The translations under genes were made by a program, and so were the position numbers. Shown here in pieces: positions 12,467-24,795 of a stretch of 64,000 bases of DNA. This stretch comes from Callorhinchus milii (Eukaryota): contig NW_024704743.1 of NCBI RefSeq assembly GCF_018977255.1, positions 42,286,001 to 42,350,000 of the forward strand, read 5' to 3'. Position 1 is the stretch's first letter, and every line of letters begins with the position of its first letter. The notes beneath the pieces are model-generated. The model searched no databases. It saw nothing but the letters and a program-made list of their open reading frames with translations, and was not told the origin of the DNA.

Positions 12467-12784
12467 GTGGAGTCCTGTAGCTCAGTGGTTAGAGCACTCG
12501 CTTTGTAAGTGAGAGACCTGAGTTCAATTCCAGGCAGGGCGAAACCTTGGGCAAGTTTCCTTACTCCACACGCCTAACAATAATCCCTCCAAAACCAAAA
12601 ACAATAATAAATTGGTCATTTTCAATCTACGACTGTTTGTGGGATATTGCTGTGCGCAATTGGCTGCCGCGTTCGTCCACAAATATACAGTCAATTCACC
12701 TTACAGTGTGTTCTTTGAAGCGCTTTGGGAAGTCCTCCCGACGTGAAAAGCGCTATATCAAATGCAAGGATTATTATTATTATT
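12467..12784 (+). mobile_element. Young tRNA-Ala SINE, short form, full length
   Basis: Near-identical to the 4755 copy. Confidence 0.95.
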
Positions 12785-13111
12785 AAGCGAGAGGATCTGG
12801 GTTTGATTCCCGGGCAAGGTGAAATGTTGGGCAAGTTTCCTTACTCCATACACCTCTCTTTACCTAGCAGTAAGAAGGAACCCAGTTGTTAGGCAGTGAC
12901 GGATCACTTTCCAGGTGTAATAATCCCTTGAAAAAAATAAATTTGCTCACTCAATCCATTACTGTTTGTGCGACACTGGTATGTGCAATTGGCTGCCGTG
13001 TTTCACCCACAAAAATACAGTCAATTCACTTTACAGTATATTCTGTGAAGCGCTTCAAGACGTCTCCAAGATGTGATAAGGCACTATATCAAATGGAAAG
13101 GTTATATTATT
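12785..13111 (+). mobile_element. SINE long form lacking A box, directly after the previous SINE tail
   Basis: aagcgagaggatctgggtttgattcc..tacctagcagtaagaaggaaccc..tail. Confidence 0.9.
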
Positions 13112-14377
13112 GATTGCAGTTTGTGATAACTGGGGCACCAGCCCTAAGGGATAATTGAGCATCAATATAAAGATGAGGGCTTAGGAGTATGTGAGTGAGA
13201 GAGAGAGAGTCTGGAGAAGATGTATGCACAGTGGGAGAGCTTCCTTGTTAAAATAAACCTTTTTTTGTTAAGTCGATTGAGCAAAGTTTGTTTATGAGCG
13301 TGACTCACGCCTTCCTACAGGGAAGAATACGTAGCTCGAATTACATTATTGTTCTTTGCAAGCAAATATTTTGTCTGTTTATAATGTAGTTACCATTCCA
13401 GTCCATGTAAGAAATGTTGAAGAAAGTTTCAGTGTTTAGATAAAAACTTGAGAGTTGATGTTCCTTTTGTCACTGAGAGTAGTGACTTTGACAATGTGAG
13501 TTTATGATGGAATTTTTAAATTCTAAACACACATTAAAGGGTATAGTATGTGCCATTGACAAACACTTGTAAAATTATGTACTTATAGCAAAATGTCTCA
13601 TTATTGGCACCAATTGCTTCACTCAGCAGCAAGAACAATTAATTTCCCAGTGTGGTATTAGACAGCCTTGCTGTGAGGATGTGGGGTTCAAAGTTTATCC
13701 AGTTTGTTTGTTTCTTTTCATTTCTCATCTTGTTTTCTTCTTCATACTTATGTTGAACTGTGAATTACCGTGCTAGCAATGAGAAGCTTTTTTACCTTAC
13801 ATTTCCAGCAGTATTTGCTGATGAGAAAGCCTGGAGAAGGCTGCTATTCAGTAACACTCGGGCTTTGATTTCTCTCTTGAGAGCAATTTGGAATTGGGTT
13901 ATCAGCAAATTTTTGAACTGTTTTTTAATAGAGGCTATCGTCATTTGAAATGAATATCTTTGCTCTCACAACCAGCAAGGGAGAATTACTGCCAAAAGGG
14001 CAAAAGAGTGTCAGGGGCAGTGCAATGAAACTGACTTCTTTCTGAATCCCCTTTTTGATGTTCCAGGAAAGGAATGTTTACTGAAGATTGATCTTATTTT
14101 TGTTTCTTTTCTGTTTAAAATTCCCTCTCAAACTCAACATTTTAGGAGTCCTGCCCCTGGTTAATGCTGTCTTCTGGTGTGTTGATACATAATCATGTGG
14201 AGAAAGGCAACGCGGTGTAATCTATTGAAATTTCAAGAGGATTTTCCATTATTTCCTGTGTTGTTCACACAAAATGGCGACATGAGCAGACACTTATATC
14301 ATATCTATACTGTGAGAAGCAATTTCAAATTGCTTCCAGCAGTAAAGTGAATAGGATTGAGCAAAATACTATAATAG

Positions 14378-16578
14378 TTAATTTTGTTGGTATGAGGAAA
14401 GATTTAGGTAAAATAGACTGGAAAATAAGATTAAGAGGTAAAAATGTAGACCAACAGTGGCAAATATTTAAGGATGTAGTGCAAAATTCTCAGCGGTCGC
14501 ATATTCCCTTGCGGAATAAGAGTACCACAGGGAAAGCAATTCATCCGTGGTTAACTAGAGCAGTTAGGGAAAGCATCAAATTAAAAGAAAAGGCTTATAA
14601 AACTGCCAAGAAAAGCAGCAAATCTGAAGAGAGTTTTAGAAACCAGCAAAAAAAACCTAAAAAACTCATTAAGAGTGAGAAAAAGGAGTATGAGAGTAAG
14701 CTAGCTAGGAACTATAGTCTGATTGTAAAAGTTTTTACAAATATATTAAGAGGAATAGGCTAGTGAGGGTAAATGTAGGTCCACTTCAGTCAGAGACGGG
14801 AGAAGTTGTAATGGGGGATAAGAACTTGGCAGAGTCCCTAAATGGGTACTTTGCATCTGTCTTCACCCTAGAAGACACAGCAAGTCTGCCAACAATAGAG
14901 ATGCACCAAAGGGATAAGGACAGGGAGCAACTTAGGGAAATTTTCATTAATAGAGAATTGGTGCTAGGGAAACTGTTAGCATTAAAAAGTGACAAATCCA
15001 CTGGTCCGGATGGCTTGCATCCCAGGGTTTTAAAAGAGGTAGCTTATAAGATAGTGGAGGCCTTGTGTCTGATCTTCCAAAATTCCTTGGATTCTGGAAC
15101 AGTCCCCATGGATTGGAAGATCGCAAATGTCACACCACTATTTAAAAAAGGTGGAAAGGAAAAGATGGGGATCTATAGGCCAGTTAGTCTCACATCAGTG
15201 AGAGGAAAAATTTTAGAATCATTGATTAAGGATGTGGTAGTGCGGTATTTAGGGCACAATATAATTAGGCCAAGTCAACATGGCTTTACAAAAGGGAAGT
15301 TATGTTTGACAAATCTCATAGAGATTTTTGAGGATATTTCCAGTAAACTAGATAAGGGTGAATCAGTGGATGTGGTCTATTTGGACTTCCAGAAGGCATT
15401 CGATAAGGTGCCGCATAAAAGGTTAGTCTAAAAGATAAGGGCCCATGGAATTGGGGGGAGCATATTAACGTGGAATGGAGAATGGTTAACGGGTAGGAAA
15501 CAAAGAGTAGGGATAAACGGGTCCATTTTGGATTGGCGGGATGTGACTAGTGGAGTGCCACAAGGATCAGTCCTTGGTCCTCAGCTATTTACCATCTACA
15601 TCAACGATCTAGATGAGGACATCGAAGTTAATATATCTAAATTCGCGGATGACACAAAACTAGGAGGAAGTGCCAACACAGAGGACGACATTAAAAAAAT
15701 GCAGCGAGACATAGATAGGTTAGGTGATTGGGCAGGTAGGTGGCAGATGAAGTATAATGTAGGGAAGTGCGAAGTCATCCACCTAGGTAGCAAAAACAGG
15801 AGAGCGGGTTATTTTTTAGAAGGGGAGAGATTGGAATGTGTTAGTGTCCAGAGAGACTTGGGTGTCCTTGTACACCAATCACAGAAAGTTAGTCTGCAGG
15901 TGCAGCAGCAAGTAGGAAGGCGAACGGTATGTTAGCATTCATTATGAAAGGATTAGAGTATAAGAGTAGGGAAGTCTTGCTGCAACTGTATAGAGCCCTG
16001 GTGAGACCACACCTGGAATACTGTGTCCAGTTTTAGTCTCCTTATTTAAGGAAGGATGTACTTGCCTTGGAGGGGGTGCAGCGTAGATTGACTACGTTAG
16101 TACCAGGGATGAAGGGGATGAGTTACGAGGATAGGCTGACCAATTTGGGCCTATATTCTCTAGAATATAGAAGAATTAGAGGGGATCTTATAGAAACCTA
16201 TAAGATCATCAAAGGGCATGATAGAGTAGATAGTGGGAGATTGTTTCCCCTGGTTGGAGAAACTAAAACCAGGGGTCACAACCTTAAAATCAGAGCTCAG
16301 CCTTTTCGCACTGAGTTGAGGAAGAACTTCTTCACTTAAAGGATGGTGAATGTATGGAACTCACTACCCCAAAGGGCTGTTGACGCTCAGTCCTTGAACA
16401 TATTCAAGACTAAGATAGATATATTTCTTATTGCAAAAAGGATTAAGGGATATGGGGATAAGGCAGGGTCAGGTTATTAGCTGGAGTTAGATTAGAAGAT
16501 CAGCCATGATTGAATGGCGGGGCAGGCTCGAAGGGCCGAATGGCCTACTCCTGCTCCTACATGTTATGTTATGTTATA
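14378..16578 (+). mobile_element. CR1 LINE, 5'-truncated, disrupted ORF2 reverse transcriptase
   Basis: KSTGPDGLHPRVLKE, WKIANVTPLFKKG, YRPVSLTS, YLDFQKAFDKVPH, SGVPQGSVLGPQLF, KFADDTKL; frameshifts/stops split it into 4 ORFs; gggccgaatggcctactcctgctcc + (ATGTT)n end. Confidence 0.97.
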
Positions 16579-17129
16579 ATTCCCACTCCAAAATCACATT
16601 TAGGGGACACTGAAGAGAGGCACGTGTGAAAATATGCAGAGGTCCACTAATTATACTGAAGACTGGCTACTTTGTGATTATAATAATAAAAATTCTGACA
16701 TTTGATATAGTGCAGTATCATATCGAAACACTTCAAAGCATTTCACAGGATTGACTGTGTATTGATGTTGTCAAAGGGGATGTGATTCTTTCTTCAATGA
16801 CACGAAAAATGCTTCCTTAAAAGTTCTTGCTGGTATATTGGATGACTTGTGAAGGTTTCAAAGAGTTTATGTTTGAGGCAAGGCCCAATGACAATTCCAT
16901 TCCAGCAGTGTGAAGATGTCCAGCAGACACCACTGCTTTTGGTGCAGTTTACTAGTTAATATCCTCATTTTCTTGAAAATTGCAAATTGCGTCAAGGATT
17001 TACACTGGGTTATTAAGATCAAATTGGTACTATTTCAGCTGATCATCACATAGTGTAAGGGGGCCATTGAATATTCACAGGCAATGCAGAAAAAGTCAAG
17101 ACATGTGCAGCAACATAGTTACTGTCGGA

Positions 17130-17400
17130 ACTAACCTGCTTCTTGGGATGTAGTCGGGCCTTCAGCTTTTCTGCTATATCCTCTGGAACTCCATCCAGGA
17201 ATCCCTTCGCCTCACACCATCCATTGCCTCCTTAGGGTCTGTCTCAAGACCTTCCTCTTTGACTGTATCTTCAGTCATCCTCCCACCCCCACCAACCCCA
17301 GCTCAGGTGCAAATCCATGACAATTCAACACCTTGGAACACCCTCCCAATGGGAAAGGTGCAATATAAATGCAATTTGTTCTTATTGCTGTTCATTTTGT
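17130..17400 (+). mobile_element. L2 3' end
   Basis: cgggccttcagc..ctctggaactcc..ctcaagaccttcctctttgac..aaatgcaatttgtt. Confidence 0.8.
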
Positions 17401-18984
17401 TGTCCTCATAATGTGAAAGGCACAGTATAAGTATTAATAATAATAATCCTTATTGAGATGTCTCAAATTGCTTCAATTATTATTATAATATAATATAAAT
17501 ATTGTTGTTTTGTTCATGCCACTCAACATGATATCCAGCCATGCCTGTCTGGAGCACAGATTTGTGTTCATTTTCACTTTCTTTGATTTTTAATTGAGCA
17601 TGGGCTGAACATCTGAAAGTAGCTCAAGTACAGAACAAACCGTCAGTGAATTTGTCAGATGACAGCTGTGATTCCACGGTCATTCAGAATGGGATAAGTG
17701 ACGTGATTAGCTATAACCTCTTCAAGACATTTAGCTCTCTGTCAACAAAGATGACTGACTGTCAAAGGTTGTGAATCAGGCTGATTAAATGCAGTATTTG
17801 CCGTATGTTCATTAGAGATTGTCTTGGAGCCAAGCCACAAATCTGAACCTTGCTGACCTTGGATGGGCTGATTGGCTTATTTTACTTTATTTTAAAAAAG
17901 GGTTTGATCTTATTTTGGTTCGTTCTTCATGGCAAACTGAAAAAGATTGGTGCAGGGAATCTCAAGTGTGAATCCAACCTGGTCAGAATTAAACCAATTT
18001 TGGTTTATTTGGGGAAATGCGGATTTGACCAAATCCACATCATCGTCTTGTCAGGCAGCCTTTCCAAAGAGAAGCAAAGCATTGCTTTTCTTTGTGCTAC
18101 ATGTTTCCCTTTCCTATTGCAGCAGTTGTCTGTGGTGGGAGTAACTGCATAGATAGGTTGATGGAAGTTCATTGTTATCAGTGTTTTTGTCAGCTGGTTA
18201 TCTTTGCAGGCAGAGGGGCGAAGGCAGATTTTTATCCTGGATTTTCCCGTGATGGCAATTCATCTGAGTCACTGATAGTCTGGAGAAGGCATGAGTATCT
18301 GTAACAGTCCCAGCTGGTTTAACATTGAGTATCCACTCCAGTTCCTGCCAGTCTGTTCAAAGCTTTTCTACACTGTCGCACCAACACTATAAACTGAACT
18401 TCAAATCAGAGGGCCCAATTCACAGTTACAATTTATGCAAGTTCTCAGTGGCACTGGGAGTTAGCCACATTCCCACTGTCTCATGAGCTGTAGGAGAGAA
18501 AAATAATTGAAGGATTCAATGAGGTAATCATGGCTCAAATTAAATAGAATCAATCCAGGGGTATTTTTACTCATAGCTAACCTTCATTCAATTGGATATT
18601 TCACTGAATTTGTGTAACACTGAAAGATTGACCAGTTTAACAAATTGAATCTTGGTATTTCAGTTTTACATCTGAAACTGAAGTTGGATCTAACTTTGTG
18701 TTTTTCAATACTGTAATGAAATCTATTCAACCACTTTGACCATATAAATATATTTCATATAGCAAAAAAGGAGAATTTCTTATTCTGTTGTCAACTAAAG
18801 CTGTTTAGATCCACTCTGTGAATTTTAGATTCCAGCATCCACAGTTGCCATGAGGGCTGATACTGATCACCTTCCTACATAGCATGATGCCATCTCTTAC
18901 CAAGGTGGTGCTACTCCCATATTCCTGCTAACTAATGATGCCCTCATTGATTAGTTTTTTTGGGGGGTCGATCCGTGCGTCTGA

Positions 18985-19480
18985 CCCATGCTTAAAAGTA
19001 TCAAACCAGACTGAAGGTTTCATGTATGTATGCCACCTACACATGGACATTTCTCTGTGTCCAGAATGGAATGTGGACTCTCTCCTGGGGGGAGGCACCC
19101 TGCTTTCCTAATTCCGGAGACTTATAGGCACAGGTTTGTGAGAATCAAGGCTTGGGAACCCGAAAGGTTGTGAATTGGGGGTACTGCTGGAGTTTAATCA
19201 GCTGAAACAGCATAGCTTGCCTTTGAAAGCACTGTCTAGCAAGCTTCCCACTATTTGTCCAGTAAGGACCAACCTACCCATCAGGGCTTTGGCTTGCAAG
19301 GTTAACAGCAGGTGAGTGAGAAGAATTCCTGACCCAAGTGACTAGTCTGCCATTCCATGTTCTGTCAATGGACAGGATCTCTGGCCTGTCACCAACAGTG
19401 GTTTGGAGTACTCAAAAAGGCTTAGCTCAGGAACCAGACCACCGAGATCGCTACAGAGGATCGATTCAATTTTTCTATTG
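18985..19480. repeat. Unclassified interspersed repeat, copy 1
   Basis: Collinear with 53640-54115 (ccacctacacatgga, aaggcttggg, ttggggtactgct, cagctgaaa, agggctttggcttgca.ggttaacag, ttccatgttc). Confidence 0.75.
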
Positions 19481-20989
19481 CCCGGCTTGTAACCCTAGAG
19501 GCAGCTCAGCCCGAAAGAAACTTGCACCACTTACCTTCCCTGACCCTCCCAAGGATAGTCACTATTTGGTCATTGGACATCCAATGTGCAGGTTTAAACA
19601 TTCGCTTGATGAATAGCAGGTATCAGGAATTCCTCACTCTTTGTGAGCAATACACTCAGCATGAAATCTGGGAGAGCATTGCCATTACTATCCTGACACA
19701 GCTCAGAAACCTGAATTGGTCATTTCCTCCATGGCTGTTTTTGGGTCATTACCATAAGTAAATTAGCTGTTACGTTCACCTACAAACACACAGTCAATAA
19801 ACTTTAAAGAAAACTCTGTGATGTGTTTTGCGATATGTCAGCATGGGAAGGCACTATATCAAATACAACAATTAATATTATTACTCACTGAATGATGGAT
19901 GTTGTTACTCATTAGAGGTGCAGAGCTTCACTAGCAGCTACTTACCTCTCTGCATATTAATTAAGATAGATACCAAGCCCTGGATATATGAAGATATATG
20001 AACATATGTTCACAAACTGGATGCCAGGCAACGTCTTCCAGCAGCTGTCGTCTCAAGCCTCAGAATTTCCTCATCAGCTATTTGACAGACATCTGTCTTC
20101 AGTGTGGTGGGATGACCTTTATAGGACACTTTGTGACATGTCAACCACCTTGATGTTCTGGAGCTTCAAGTCCCGTGCTATTACCAGCTTTACTCAACAC
20201 CAAATCTATCCAGGTCCTCGTGTGAAGGCCTTTGACAAACCAATCCTGCGAGTAAACAGGATAGCAAAGGAAATTAGGAGCAGGGATTTGACTAACACAG
20301 AGGCTGGCTTCATTTTCAAAGAGATAATTTCTGTATTCCTTCAACCTAGATATTTAAGCAGCATTAAAGTGGTGCACTTGTCATAGTGACCGTCTGAATA
20401 AATTATTCTACATCAATAAAATTACAGCAAAGAGAAATAAAACCTTTTTAACCCTGACTAAACAAAGCATATGTCGAGAATTGGAAATTCAGTGCTCAGT
20501 TATACTCTGAATAGACCAATCAAAACTGTTCTGAGTGAAAATTCATCTCCTCTGATCAAAGTAATTAACATTAGATGATCCTTTACTGTTTGAATTGTGA
20601 TAAATATATGTTTAGAACACTGCCCTGTAGGGCAATGACTAAAAAGGTAAAGAAAGAACTTACATTCTCATCGAACCTTGTCACATTGAAACATATCAAG
20701 TATCGCTTCACAAGGACTTGCTGTCAAGTGAAGTGACTGTTCTTTGTAGGCAGATTTGCATCAGCAAAGTCGTTCAAAAAGTCATGAGGTGCAGGATTAA
20801 TTGATTCAGAGGGTAAGGTGGTTTTTGTAACTTAAGCATTGCCATGTAATGGTTGTTACTGTGCGCTTTTGGTTATCCCAGTGCTAATATTACTCCAATG
20901 TGCACTTGCTCACCTGTACCCATGTATTATAGGCATAGTCAAGTCAGATGTATTTCGCCCCTTCCCCGCTCCCATCCCAGGAGAAATTG

Positions 20990-21100
20990 CACACTCTGGA
21001 GTTCCACATATTTATACTATATAAACACGGAAATTTCCATGAGTCTGGAATAGAATGCGTATTTTCTCCTGGAGGGACACATCTGCTTACCTAAGTCTGG
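20990..21100. repeat. Unclassified interspersed repeat, short copy
   Basis: ctcctggagggacacatctgcttacctaa is the reverse complement of ttaggtaagcaggatgtgtccctccagggag at ~49580-49610. Confidence 0.7.
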
Positions 21101-21599
21101 ACAGTAGACTAAAGCTAACTAAAAAAGAGTATTGCAGATTTGAATGTAACTTATAAAGATTATTTGAAACAGTTATATGTTTAAAAGTTGCAAAGCCATA
21201 AGAAGAAATTAAAAGAATCAGGGAAAGTCAAGAGGTAAAATTCTGAGCCCCCCCACCAAATATTAATCTAAAGAAGGGGATTTGATTCATATCGTAATAT
21301 TGACCTTAGCTGCAATATTTTACATAGCAGTGAAATGAAATGGCTTTAAAATTGAAATATTATTCATTTTAACTGGCAGTGGGTCTTATCTGAATTAAAG
21401 TAGAATCCATTGCAATATCTCAAACAGACATGGGTATCCAGAATTTCTGGGTTCCAAATGAAAAATTCCTGCAATGAGAATGGACCTGCCCCAGTAACGT
21501 TTAATATGCGATACTCATGAAATCTCCATAACGGCCATAGGAGTAATAATTTTAAACAGTGTCAGTCGAGTAGTGAAATTTGCAGTGTTTAAGACATGT

Positions 21600-22860
21600 G
21601 TCTACTTTCACATCTACGTGTATTATCTCTCTGCTTCTACCCTCGATTTCAGGGCCATTGATGTCCTGACTGATTGCCTGTCAGACTTGAAGTCCTGGAT
21701 GCAGGGACTACTCCAGCTGGAAGCAAACTGGGCAGCTGCCTAGGGCACAGACTGAATAGGTTCACAGATTTCTGGGAGAAGCGATTGCTTTTTGAATGCT
21801 GGACTGGGGAAATTGAGACGGGCGGAGCTGCGGAGAGTGCCGTGTGCTAGTGCCGTCAGCGGTGTAGGCATTTTAAGATAAATTCATCTCTCTTAAGTTC
21901 AAGCTAAGGCTATCAAACTTGTAAACAGGTAGGAAGGGAGCGGCTCACTGAAGTTATTGCTTAGGATAGCAGATTGTTTTGAACAGCTTCTGCCTGGATC
22001 CAAATCCAAAAACTGTCCAGCACCTTGGGACGTCCTCCCGACTTGAAAGGAGCTATACAAATGTAATTTTGTTGCTGCTGGATGAACTCTTATGTTTCTA
22101 CAGCTCAATGTTGAAAAGACCGAGGCTCTCCTGCTTGGCTCCCATCAGTGCCTTTTCACCGCAGGCACTAAACACACATTCACTGCGTGGATGCTCACCC
22201 CACCTCACATAGCTGATGTGGAGCCTTGGAGTCTTGCTAGACTCCTATGCTTCCTTCACCATGGCAGCATCTCCAATCTCCACCATTGCCTCTCTCCACA
22301 GCGACTGAGACCCTCATTCTTGCCTTTATCTCCTGCAGACTATTTTATTCTAATACTCTGCACATGACTCCCCAGCTCCTCCCTACACAAACCTCCTCTT
22401 TGACTGCGCCTTCAGCCACCCTCTAACCCTCCTGATCCCAACCCCCAGTTTGCGTCTATATCCAGCACTTCGGGAGGTCCTTCCAATGTGAAAGCCGCTA
22501 TACAAATGTAATTTGTTGTTGTTCAGGCCATCCAGATATCTAGAGCCTGTCTTTGCCTGCATCTTTGCCTGCACCAACTATACAATTCTATCAATCCTAT
22601 CTTCGCTCAGCTCCACTGGCTCCCTATCCTGCAAAGGATTCTTGTCCTTATTTTAAAATCTCTCCATGGCCATTTCCTCTGTGAACGCCATCACTACCTC
22701 TCTTTACATCCACCGGATGCTCTGCCCTATCATTTGTGGATGAGCCTTCAGCCATTCTGCCGCCTCTCTCCGAAACTCCATCCTGGAATCCCTCTGTATT
22801 GATCACTTCCTTCCACCTATCTCTTTGACTGTGCTTTCTGGCACCTCCCTCCCTCCTGCC
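21600..22860 (+). mobile_element. Nested L2 fragments
   Basis: gactgattgcctgtcagacttgaagtcctggatg; FLQLNVEKTEALLLG; internal tails at ~22015-22078 and ~22465-22524; ctccactggctccc. Confidence 0.8.
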
Positions 22861-22887
22861 ACCCGTGCCCCCCCTCCTGCCCCCCAA

Positions 22888-23478
22888 CCAAGTTTCCCTA
22901 CTCCACACACCTCTGTTTACCTAGCAGTAAGTAGGAACCCAGGTATTAGTTGATTGGCGGATCGCTTTTCAGGGGGTAATAATTCCTTCAAAAAATAAAA
23001 TTAATTTGGCCAATCAATCCACGACTGTTTTGGGACACAGCTGCGTGCTGTGCTGCTGCTTTTCACCCACAAAATTTGTAGTCTATTCACTTTACAATAT
23101 GGAGTCCTGCAGCTCAGTGGTTAGAGCGCTCGCATTGCAAGCGAGACACCTGGGTTCAATTCCAGGAAGGGCGAAACCTTGGGCAAGTTTCCTTACTCCA
23201 CACGCCTAATAATAATCCCTCCAAAACAAAACAATAATAAATTGGTCATTTTCAATCCACGACTGTTTGTGGGACACTGCTGTGCGCAATTGGCTGCTGC
23301 GTTTCGCCCACAAATATACAGTCACTTCACTTTATTTTTTATTGCTTTGAGACGTCGAGAAGACGTGAAAAGCGCTATGTCAAATGCAAGGATTATTATT
23401 ATTATATTCTGTGAAGCGCTTTGAGATGTCTCTAAGACATGATAAGGCATATATCAAATGCAAGGACTATTATTATTC
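22888..23478 (+). mobile_element. Long-form SINE (5'-truncated) with a full short-form SINE nested at 23100-23403
   Basis: Host reads ..cactttacaatat[SINE]atattctgtgaagcgc..; the inner copy has a complete tRNA head. Confidence 0.92.
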
Positions 23479-23999
23479 TTAGACACAGATGCACATAGAT
23501 ACAAACAACATTACATTAACAATAGCAATTTTTTTTGCAAGGCCACTATCATGAGAAATCCCATCTTAGTTGTAGGCTTTGATGTCAAAAAATGCTAGAA
23601 GCGCTCTTAAAAGTTCAGATTTTTCACAGAGATAGTGGGCCTTTAACAGTTGGAATGAATTACCTACTGTAGAGTACCATTTAAATGCAGCGTTGTGAAG
23701 CTATTAAGGGGATGTCATGTCTTGTGTATTAAAAGGCAGTGACTGTGCTGTTGTCAGATTTTCCTCTGTCGCAATAATCAGAAGCTATGATATTTATGAT
23801 AATAATGATATCATACCAAAATAGGATAAACCAGTAAAGTTATTTTAATTCTTTTCTATTTGAGAAACTATTCTCTTTTCGGCTCTCTTCTACGGTCTCT
23901 TTTATATTTGAGCTTTTCAAATGCTTATCCAGTTCCATTTTAAATATGGTTATGGTCTCAGCCTCAATAGCCACTTGTGGTGAAGTAACAACACATTGT

Positions 24000-24795
24000 C
24001 ATTTGTATAGCGCCTTTCACATCAGGAGGACATCCCAAGGCACTTAATGGTTATGGCTTGGCACCACAATGGGTGTGGGAGCTGCGGGAGGTGGGGGAAA
24101 GATAAATAATAATAATAATAATAATCCTTGCATTTGATATAGCGCTTTTCACGTCGGGAGGACGTCCCAAAGCGCTTCACAGAACATACTGTAAAGTGAA
24201 TTGACTGTATATTTGTGGGCGAACGCGGCAGCCAATTGCGCACAGCAATGTCCCACAAACAGTCGTAGATTGAAAATGACCAATTTATTGTTGTTTTGGG
24301 TTTTTGGAGGGATTATTATTAGGCGTGTGGAGTAAGGAAACTTGCCCAAGGTTTCGCCCTGCCTGAGACTGAACTCAGGTCTCTCACTTGCAAAGCGACT
24401 GCCCTAACCACTCATCTAAGATGACCAAAGGCGAGGTCAAAGAGGAAGATCTTGAGATGGACCTTGAAAGAGGCGAGTAAGAGGGACTTGGGATAGAGTT
24501 CTTGCCCAAACTTGCCCAAGGTTTCGCCCTGCCTGGAATTGAACTCAGGTCTCTCACTTGCAAAGCGAGTGCTCTAACCACTCATCTAAGATGACCAAAG
24601 GCGAGGTCAAAGAGGAAGATCTTGAGATGGACCTTGAAAGAGGCGAGTAAGAGGGTCTTGGGATAGAGTTCTAGAGAGTGGAAGCAGATCGGCTGAAAGC
24701 CCGATCGCTGACGGTGGAACAGGGAAGAAAGGAGGGGACATGGAGCAGGCTGATGCCCACTGAGTGGAAGGAGCAACCAGGTTGATACGGTTTGA
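24000..24795 (-). mobile_element. L2 3' end split by a short-form SINE (24105-24413) and a 170-bp duplication
   Basis: L2 tail 24000-24100, SINE, then ggtcaaagaggaagatcttgagatgg (twice) and ggctgaaagcccg. Confidence 0.9.

Noticed and set aside
12547..12786. Recurrent MGKFPYSTRL../KCKDYYYY ORF family
   Set aside because: Incidental translation of the SINE from non-ATG starts; frames differ among copies
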